The notes under the pieces are model-generated. The model was not told where the DNA came from. It did no database searches and worked only from the letters and a program-made list of their open reading frames with translations. Positions 57,553 through 64,000 of a DNA stretch of 64,000 nt are shown here, one piece after another. The stretch is taken from contig JBILMD010000001.1 of NCBI GenBank assembly GCA_044375675.1, positions 30,377 to 94,376 of the forward strand. Reading direction: 5' to 3'. The translations under genes and the position numbers were made by a program. The stretch's first letter is position 1. The number at the start of each line of letters is the position of its first letter. The DNA comes from Alphaproteobacteria bacterium (GTDB lineage Bacteria > Pseudomonadota > Alphaproteobacteria > JAJTHO01 > CANGYM01).

Positions 57553-58173
57553 ATGACCGATGCTTCTGACACAAAAATTTCCCTGCGCACATCGGAGCTG
57601 ATCATTAACGTTTTGGATCGGGATCACCACCAAACCATTACCATCCAAAGCTTTCTGGATAGTTTGGGCGATAGAGTTTATGGACTGGGCATGCTGCTGT
57701 GGGTTTTGCCCAACTGTATCCCCATGGTTCCTGGTGTGGCTGGTGTGACGGGGGTGATGATCATGATCATGGCCCTGCAAATGGCCCTTGGTCAGACAAC
57801 CCCTTGGCTGCCGCGGGCCGTTCGCAATCGCCCCTTGCCCCGCATGAAACTTTTGGAAATTTCCCAAAAAGCCATCCCCAGACTGCGCAAATTGGAAAAA
57901 TTTATCCGCCCCCGCTATCACTGTCTGAACAATCATGCCATGCGGATTTTTACGGCGCTGGTCATCTTTGTCATGGCCTTTATTTTGTTGTTGCCCATTC
58001 CCATTGTGGGCAACATGCCCCCTGGATGGGCCATTGCCCTATTGTCCATCAGCCTGATCGAAAGAGATGGCCTTGTTCTGCTTCTTGGTATGGCGGCATC
58101 CATTGCAGCCACCTATTTTATTTATATCGCATCCGAAGCCACGATTGACGCGATTCATGCGTTCTTTCGCTAA
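57553..58173 (+). CDS. exoD: ExoD-family exopolysaccharide synthesis membrane protein
   Basis: Start trimmed to MTDASDT. SFLDSLGDRVYGLGMLLWVLPNCIPMVPGVAGVTGVM...PWLPRAVRNRPLP is typical of ExoD. Confidence 0.75.
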   Translation: MTDASDTKISLRTSELIINVLDRDHHQTITIQSFLDSLGDRVYGLGMLLWVLPNCIPMVPGVAGVTGVMIMIMALQMALGQTTPWLPRAVRNRPLPRMKLLEISQKAIPRLRKLEKFIRPRYHCLNNHAMRIFTALVIFVMAFILLLPIPIVGNMPPGWAIALLSISLIERDGLVLLLGMAASIAATYFIYIASEATIDAIHAFFR

Positions 58174-58182
58174 AGAAAACCC

Positions 58183-60009
58183 CTACGAAGGCTGAAACCC
58201 CTCAAAAATCTTTTTCGCCAGCGCTTTGCTGATGGTGGGGGCCCGCTCTAGGTCTTGTAAAGATGCCCGCTTCACGGCATCCGCGCTGCCAAAATGGGAA
58301 AGCAAAGCCCGCTTGCGGCTGGGCCCCACACCGGCGATATCATCCAAGGCGCTCTCACGAAGGGATTTTTCACGGCGCTTGCGGTGACGTGTTATGGCAA
58401 ACCGGTGAACCTCGTCCCTCAAACGCTGCAGATCGTACAAAACAGGATCTCTGGGATCCAAGCTCAAGGGGGGTTTATCTGGCTGATAAAAAACCTCCCG
58501 CCCCGCGTTGCGATCCGGCCCCTTGGCCATGGCCACCACGGGTATATCCACCGCGTGTTTGACAAAAACCTCCAAAACCGCGCTCAGTTGCCCCAGCCCC
58601 CCATCAATAATCATCAAATCCGGCAAAGGCTGGTTGCCCGTTAATCGGCGATGCAGCATTTGACGCATCATGGCATAATCATCCCGCGTATCCAGATCCT
58701 GAACGTTCATTTTATAGGTTCGATACGCTGACGTCTCCAAACCCGAAGGCCCCACCACCACCATGGCCCCCAAGGCATAAGCCCCCTGAATGTGGCTGTT
58801 ATCATACAGCTCGATACGCTGGGGCAAACAGGGTAACTCAAACACCTGTCCAATACGGGCCAGCATATCCTGATGATGGGCCACTTGGGAAAGATCACGG
58901 GCCAAGGCCGCCTCTGCATTTTTTAAACAGGCGGCGACAATTTTTTCCTTTTCCCCGCGCTTGGGACAAACAATCGACACCGCATGCCCCGCGCACTGGT
59001 GCAGCATGTCCTGTAAAACCTTTTGATCTTTGGGCAAAACAGACACCAAAATCTCTGACGGTGGCACAACGCCCGTATAAAACTGGGCCAAGAAAGCCGC
59101 CATCATGGTGGCATCGTCGCTGTCTTCCCCATGTTTGGGAAAAAACACACGGTTTCCGTAATGACTGCCCCCCCGAAAGAAAAAAATTTGAATGCACGTT
59201 TTGCCAGCCCCGCGGGCCATGGCCAAAATATCCGCATCCCCCAGGGCCGCGGTGTGGACATTCTGGTGCTGCTGAATGCGGCTCAGGCTGGCAATCCGAT
59301 CCCGATACAGCGCCGCCATTTCAAAATCTTGGGCATCACTGGCGGCAAACATGTTTTCTGAGAGTTTTTTTTGAATCTCAGCATTTTTTCCCTTCAGAAA
59401 ATCCACAGCATCAGACACTTGGTCCGCGTAGGCCTCTTTGGAAATATACCCCACACAGGGGGCCGTGCATCGTTTGATCTGATACTGCAGGCAGGGGCGG
59501 GAGCGATGGGCAAAATCATGATCTTGGCAGGAACGCAGCAAAAATGCTTTTTGCAAAGCCTCTATGGTCTGATCCACCGCCCCTGCCGATCCAAAGGGAC
59601 CAAAATAATGCCCCAATCGGGAACGGGCCCCGCGATGTTTCACCATGGCGGGATAGGGGTGGTCTGTGGGAATGAAAATATACGGATAGGCCTTATCATC
59701 CCGCAGCAAAATGTTATAGCGGGGTTTGAGTTTTTTAATCAGATTGCTTTCCAGCAGCAAAGCCTCTTGCTCGCTGTCGGTCACAACAAAAACCATGGCC
59801 CGCGTCAGGGCCACCATGCGTTGCAGACGAATCGGCAAAGCCTCTGGCCGCGTATAGGCCACAACCCGTTTTTTCAGGGACTTGGCTTTGCCCACATACA
59901 GGACCGTTTCATCCTCCGCCAGCATGCGGTAAACCCCAGGCGCTTCTGGCAGGGACGCCATATGGTGTTTAATGACGGTAACACCGGTTTTTAAGGGGGC
60001 ATCCGTCAT
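58183..60009 (-). CDS. uvrC: Excinuclease ABC subunit C
   Basis: GIY-YIG domain (GVYRMLAEDETVLYVGKAKSLKKR), UvrBC domain, Endo V-like domain and C-terminal HhH2. Confidence 0.95.
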   Translation of the reverse strand: MTDAPLKTGVTVIKHHMASLPEAPGVYRMLAEDETVLYVGKAKSLKKRVVAYTRPEALPIRLQRMVALTRAMVFVVTDSEQEALLLESNLIKKLKPRYNILLRDDKAYPYIFIPTDHPYPAMVKHRGARSRLGHYFGPFGSAGAVDQTIEALQKAFLLRSCQDHDFAHRSRPCLQYQIKRCTAPCVGYISKEAYADQVSDAVDFLKGKNAEIQKKLSENMFAASDAQDFEMAALYRDRIASLSRIQQHQNVHTAALGDADILAMARGAGKTCIQIFFFRGGSHYGNRVFFPKHGEDSDDATMMAAFLAQFYTGVVPPSEILVSVLPKDQKVLQDMLHQCAGHAVSIVCPKRGEKEKIVAACLKNAEAALARDLSQVAHHQDMLARIGQVFELPCLPQRIELYDNSHIQGAYALGAMVVVGPSGLETSAYRTYKMNVQDLDTRDDYAMMRQMLHRRLTGNQPLPDLMIIDGGLGQLSAVLEVFVKHAVDIPVVAMAKGPDRNAGREVFYQPDKPPLSLDPRDPVLYDLQRLRDEVHRFAITRHRKRREKSLRESALDDIAGVGPSRKRALLSHFGSADAVKRASLQDLERAPTISKALAKKIFEGFQPS

Positions 60010-60029
60010 AACAATACGACCCTCTTCCT

Positions 60030-60647
60030 CTAAACCCGTGCCACCTGCCGCAAGGCCGCACGAATCAGATCTTGCGTGCTGTCGGCCGCCGCAGGATTTT
60101 CCTTTTGGGCCCGCTCACACAGGCCATAAGCGTCCACGCGGCTATACCCCAACTGTTCCAAAGCCAAAACGGCGTCTTGTTCCACCTGTTGCTCCGCAGA
60201 CACAACGCCGGCCCCACTGGGTGCGGCGGAAACCAACAAAGCCCCCTTGGCGACAACATCTTTCAGCTCGGTGACAATCCGCGCCGCCAGTTTGGGCCCC
60301 ACACCATCGGCGCGGGTCAGGCTGCGCTGATCCTGCACCTGAACAATTCTTTGCAAATCCTCGGGCGCAAAGGCCGAAAGCAGAGCAAGGGCAATTTTTT
60401 TTCCAACGCCCTGAACACGACTGAGGTAATGAAACCACGTTTGTTGCTGGGCATTGTCAAACCCAAAGACGCTGACGCCGTCTTCGCGCACAACATAATC
60501 CGTCAACAAAAAAACATCGTTTTGTCCCACAGACAATTTTGACAAAACCGGCGATGGGCAAAAAATACGATACCCCACACCAGAGACATCAATGACCACG
60601 TTATCCTCTGACAGGGCGTGAACGCGTCCTTTTAAATGGGCAATCAT
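60030..60647 (-). CDS. ruvA: Holliday junction branch migration protein RuvA
   Basis: Start trimmed to MIAHLKGRVHALSEDNVVIDVSGVGYRI. HhH motifs LSRVQGVGKKIALALL and ADGVGPKLAARIV. Confidence 0.9.
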   Translation of the reverse strand: MIAHLKGRVHALSEDNVVIDVSGVGYRIFCPSPVLSKLSVGQNDVFLLTDYVVREDGVSVFGFDNAQQQTWFHYLSRVQGVGKKIALALLSAFAPEDLQRIVQVQDQRSLTRADGVGPKLAARIVTELKDVVAKGALLVSAAPSGAGVVSAEQQVEQDAVLALEQLGYSRVDAYGLCERAQKENPAAADSTQDLIRAALRQVARV

Positions 60648-60743
60648 GGGGACAATCCTGTTTGATGTCAAAAGGCCTTTGTACCATTTCTGGCACAGCT
60701 TTTGCAAACATTGTGGCAAGACCGTGTTATTCAAGGATTGCTT

Positions 60744-61070
60744 ATGTACTCTTATAAACCCATGGAAACCCTGAAAACGTCCAACGTCATTGCGATGTTT
60801 GATGATGTGCTGGATTGTTTAAAAAAGGCCCTTTATTATGGTTCCGTTGCCAACACGCGGCAATTTTTTTACACCATTGGCATTGCCAAGGGATCCCTGA
60901 TCAGTTTGTCCGAAAGCATTGATCAAAGCGACCACGTGGCCAAAAATCTCTACAACCTTTTGCATTTTATCCTCTACACGCTGGAGGATATTGACAATCA
61001 CGAAGATATCGCCGCCCTGCAAGATGCGCTGGACATTCTAGAGCCCCTGAGAGATGCCCTGGCGGCCTAA
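60744..61070 (+). CDS. fliS: FliS-like flagellar export chaperone
   Basis: About 108 aa. By eye it aligns to the FliS four-helix pattern: VIAMFDDVLDCLKKA...IAKGSLISLSESID...AKNLYNLLHFILYTL...LDILEPLRDAL. Confidence 0.5.
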   Translation: MYSYKPMETLKTSNVIAMFDDVLDCLKKALYYGSVANTRQFFYTIGIAKGSLISLSESIDQSDHVAKNLYNLLHFILYTLEDIDNHEDIAALQDALDILEPLRDALAA

Positions 61071-61142
61071 AACGCCCCCAAGTCAATCTGTTTTTTACTT
61101 TTTCTGTGTATCATTCTTGTTTGGGTGATGTGATTTTTTTTC

Positions 61143-61433
61143 ATGACAATGTACGCAGATCTGATGAGATCGTTTTTTACCGACGGCACCCACGCCGTAA
61201 CGGTGCCGTCCCTTGTTGATTTTTTATCGTATAAAAAAAACCAACAGAAAAAAAAGCTGCACGCCCAAGACAACGAAAAAACCCTTTCAGATCTGATGAA
61301 AAGCATCCGCTTTGTTGCGCATAAATCCCCAGAACCCAAGAATGCCCAGGCTATTTTAGAGGCCCTGCATCAGGAATACGATCAGCAAAACACACTAACC
61401 GCACGCTTTTTACATCATTTGCGCGATGTTTAG
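61143..61433 (+). CDS. Hypothetical protein (96 aa)
   Basis: ORF downstream of the FliS-like gene. Lys-rich centre and helical C terminus. No motif recognised. Confidence 0.35.
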   Translation: MTMYADLMRSFFTDGTHAVTVPSLVDFLSYKKNQQKKKLHAQDNEKTLSDLMKSIRFVAHKSPEPKNAQAILEALHQEYDQQNTLTARFLHHLRDV

Positions 61434-61456
61434 GCCTGTGATAGTCTCAAAAGACT

Positions 61457-62134
61457 ATGCCCATAACCAGCCCCTTATTTGACCCGTTTCCCCATGTTGT
61501 TCATGGATTTGGCGGCAGAGACACCTCTGCCGCGGCCATGGCCAACCATCATGCCTTGGGGGATCTTGTACTGTTACACCAAGTGCACGGGGATGTGATT
61601 CATCCCGTCGATGCCCCCCCCTCTGAACGCCTCAAGGGCGATGGCTGGATCACCGCCGCACCCCAAATCGGGCTGGGGATCAAAACGGCGGATTGTGGAT
61701 GTGTGCTGTTTTACGCGGATGACACACGGCGCATCGGGGCCGTTCATTCTGGGTGGCCGGGCGTTTACCAGAACATTGTGGAACGCTGCGTGGCGTCCAT
61801 GACCCGAAATCCCCCCCACCTGTACGCTGTTTTGGGGCCCTGCATTCGTCAGGAAAGCTATCAGGTCGATGATGCCTTTCGCCAGCGGTTTTTAGACCGT
61901 TACCCCGCCGCAGACGTTTTTTTCCAGATTGATGACACCCGCGAAAACCGTTTTCTGTTTGATATGGCCGGCATGATTATGGGACAACTCAGGGATGCTG
62001 GTGTGGTCCATGTCCATGATCTGGGGATCAATACCTATACACATCCTGATTTTTACAGCCACCGGCGGGCCACCCATGCCGGCACGGCGGATGCCGAAGG
62101 CCGCCAGATTTCTTTTATTGCCCTGACATCATAA
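61457..62134 (+). CDS. pgeF: Peptidoglycan editing factor PgeF / YfiH (DUF152, laccase-domain) family
   Basis: [26 protein letters not shown] and HSGWPG motifs. Confidence 0.85.
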   Translation: MPITSPLFDPFPHVVHGFGGRDTSAAAMANHHALGDLVLLHQVHGDVIHPVDAPPSERLKGDGWITAAPQIGLGIKTADCGCVLFYADDTRRIGAVHSGWPGVYQNIVERCVASMTRNPPHLYAVLGPCIRQESYQVDDAFRQRFLDRYPAADVFFQIDDTRENRFLFDMAGMIMGQLRDAGVVHVHDLGINTYTHPDFYSHRRATHAGTADAEGRQISFIALTS

Positions 62135-62147
62135 CGGAACGATTCCC

Positions 62148-62741
62148 ATGACCCCACGCACAGCCACACTGGAACGCATCACCCAAGAAACCAAAATTCA
62201 GGTGACCTTAACGCTGGACGGCACGGGGCAGCGGACGATCAAAACCGGCATTGGATTTTTGGATCATATGTTGGATCAACTGGCCAAACACAGCCAGATG
62301 GATCTGACCTGTTTGGCCGAGGGAGATTTGCATATTGATGCCCACCATACGGTTGAGGACACGGGATGGGCCATCGGATCCGCCCTAAAACAGGCCTTAG
62401 GGGACAAACGGGGCATCCAACGCTATGGCCATGCCTATGTGCCCATGGATGAAACCTTGACCCGCGTGGCCCTTGATTTGTCGGGGCGTCCTTTTTTGAT
62501 CTGGCATCTGACGTTTTCTCAGCCCCGTTTGGGGGAAATGGATACAGAACTGTTCCGCGAATGGTTTCAGGCCTTCGCCATGGGCTCTGGCACCACCCTG
62601 CACGTTGAAAACCTGTATGGGGTGAACAACCACCACAAAGTTGAATCGACGTACAAAGCGCTGGCTTTAGCCCTGAAAACGGCGTTTTATCGGGATCCGG
62701 CACGTTTGAATGATTTGCCATCAACAAAGGGCACCCTGTAA
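62148..62741 (+). CDS. hisB: Imidazoleglycerol-phosphate dehydratase
   Basis: [12 protein letters not shown]...[16 protein letters not shown]...[10 protein letters not shown]...NNHHKVES. Confidence 0.95.
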   Translation: MTPRTATLERITQETKIQVTLTLDGTGQRTIKTGIGFLDHMLDQLAKHSQMDLTCLAEGDLHIDAHHTVEDTGWAIGSALKQALGDKRGIQRYGHAYVPMDETLTRVALDLSGRPFLIWHLTFSQPRLGEMDTELFREWFQAFAMGSGTTLHVENLYGVNNHHKVESTYKALALALKTAFYRDPARLNDLPSTKGTL

Positions 62742-62762
62742 TCCACGGGTGCCCCCGTTTTT
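62729..62762 (+). terminator. Candidate rho-independent terminator overlapping the hisB stop
   Basis: GGGCACCC-N10-GGGTGCCC is a perfect 8-bp stem, followed by ccgTTTTT. Lies between convergent genes. Confidence 0.5.
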
Positions 62763-62766
62763 CCTT

Positions 62767-63054
62767 TTATGCCCGCATGGACACAAACCCGCCCAAGGAT
62801 TTTTTAGTCATCTTGCGGGATAAAATCAGAGACGTCTCCAGCAGCGAAGACACAACGAATGTCCGAACCGCGGATGTAAATCCCCCCTCCACCTGCATAT
62901 CTGCAACCTCGCTGCAAATGTCATTGATGTGACAGGATCGACTTTTGCAAATGTAATCTAAGGCCTGCCATAACGTCGGTTCCAGCCGGATGCTGGTGCG
63001 ATGACCATTCACCACAACGTTGCGACAAACCAAGGAACTTTTGTGTTGTGACAT
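62767..63054 (-). CDS. Ribbon-helix-helix domain protein (RHH_4-like)
   Basis: Start trimmed to MSQHKSSLV. RNVVVNGHRTSIRLEPTLWQALDYICKSRSCHINDICSEV is typical of the small alphaproteobacterial RHH family. Confidence 0.7.
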   Translation of the reverse strand: MSQHKSSLVCRNVVVNGHRTSIRLEPTLWQALDYICKSRSCHINDICSEVADMQVEGGFTSAVRTFVVSSLLETSLILSRKMTKKSLGGFVSMRA

Positions 63055-63144
63055 AGAAAACCTCATGCAATCATAGGAAGTATTTTTTCTAAAACACATC
63101 TTCCTGTAAACAACAACCCTAAGGTGCGTTTGTTAAAAACAATT

Positions 63145-63891
63145 CTACTTAATGTTGCATTTTGCCCACACAATGAACTCTTGATTGCCTTCGGGGCCAC
63201 GAATCGGGCTGGCGACGATGTTCAGGGGGGTCCAATCCTGATGCCGTAACCATGCCATCACCCCATTGCACACGTCCAGATGGATTTGGGGATCGGACAC
63301 CACGCCTTTGTTGCCGATGTCGTGGCGGCCGGCCTCGAACTGGGGTTTAATCAACGCCATCAGCATGGCCCCAGAGCGGGCCAAGGCCAGCGGGGCCGCC
63401 AGAACTTTTCGCAGGCCAATAAAACTGGCATCGCACACGATGACATCGATGGGATCGGGAATCTGTTGCCGGCTCAGGGTTCGGGCGTTGGTTTTTTCAT
63501 GCACCACAACGCGGGGATCTTCGCGCAGGCGTTGATCCAACTGGCCATACCCCACATCCACGGCGTACACCCGCGCGGCCCCATAAAACAACAAAACATC
63601 CGTAAATCCCCCTGTTGAGGCCCCCACATCCAACGCCACCATCCCCCCAAGGTCCACCCCAAAGGTTTTCACCGCATGATCCAATTTTTTGCCCCCGCGG
63701 GACACCCACGTTTTTTCCTCTGGGTCTTTGCAGGTGAGATGGGCGTTGACATCCACCAGGGTTGCTGGCTTGGACAGGGGCAGACCTTGACAAAACACCA
63801 AACCTGACGCAATTTTACCCTGCGCCTCTGTGCGGGATGCGGCCAGCCCCAGGGCCACCAAACGCTGATCCGCCCGTATTTTTTGGGACAT
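63145..63891 (-). CDS. tlyA: TlyA-family rRNA (cytidine-2'-O)-methyltransferase
   Basis: Start trimmed to MSQKIRADQRLV (S4 domain). FtsJ-type SAM motif LDVGASTGGFTDVLL; DVSFI-like CDASFIGL. Confidence 0.9.
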   Translation of the reverse strand: MSQKIRADQRLVALGLAASRTEAQGKIASGLVFCQGLPLSKPATLVDVNAHLTCKDPEEKTWVSRGGKKLDHAVKTFGVDLGGMVALDVGASTGGFTDVLLFYGAARVYAVDVGYGQLDQRLREDPRVVVHEKTNARTLSRQQIPDPIDVIVCDASFIGLRKVLAAPLALARSGAMLMALIKPQFEAGRHDIGNKGVVSDPQIHLDVCNGVMAWLRHQDWTPLNIVASPIRGPEGNQEFIVWAKCNIK

Positions 63892-64000
63892 GCGAAAGCC
63901 TTTTGTCAAACGATACACGGTTTAGTGTTAAAGGAATCCGCCGCAATGCTCAAGAACCCCTGTTGCCTGCCCCCACCCTATACCCATCTGCATGTTCAAA

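Noticed and set aside
63946-64000. A possible start of a plus-strand gene at the right edge (MLKNPCCLPPPYTHLHVQ).
   Set aside because: Only 18 codons are visible, with no recognisable motif. It cannot be supported from this window.

Overview
The window looks like a chromosomal segment of an alphaproteobacterium. Supporting gene content: DUF2312/GapR-like protein, plant-type glutamate-cysteine ligase, CcmABC system I cytochrome c maturation, ExoD, an RHH_4-type protein, Hfq, and scattered flagellar and chemotaxis genes. Most of it is densely packed housekeeping DNA: pepF, nrdR, rsmE, gshA, hemH, tsaE, ccmABC, mfd, gltX, galU-ugd, cyaY, accC, cimA, hemC, hfq, miaB, coaX, yebC, hisE, secD-yajC, the isc cluster, uvrC, ruvA, hisB and tlyA. 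No rRNA, tRNA, CRISPR array or intact IS element was seen. Several accessory patches interrupt the core.

1. About 16.3-20.3 kb: a 16-17-repeat Sel1 protein with near-identical in-frame internal DNA duplications. It is followed by a toxin-antitoxin cluster (orphan MNT plus a HEPN stub, and two Phd-VapC pairs).
2. About 22.4-24.7 kb: a low-GC islet. It holds an orphan HigA, two small lipoprotein genes (one inactivated by a perfect 22-bp tandem duplication), a divergent XRE regulator and a possible PD-(D/E)xK fragment.
3. About 29.0-32.3 kb: the best candidate for something undescribed. This AT-rich island lies between accC and tolC. It encodes a LuxR-family receptor with all canonical AHL-pocket residues, co-oriented with two orphan proteins (188 and 528 aa), and has no recognisable LuxI.
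4. A small protein upstream of tolC, with a trypco2-like N-terminal domain and an Arg/Gly/Asp-rich tail.
5. An Avd/23S-IVS-type four-helix-bundle gene bracketed by inverted GT-rich repeats, wedged between iscS and iscU.
6. A 129-bp imperfect palindromic (MITE/REP-like) element between cyaY and accC.

Mfd is also about 370 residues short at its N terminus. All functional calls come from motif recognition by eye. No database searches were run.
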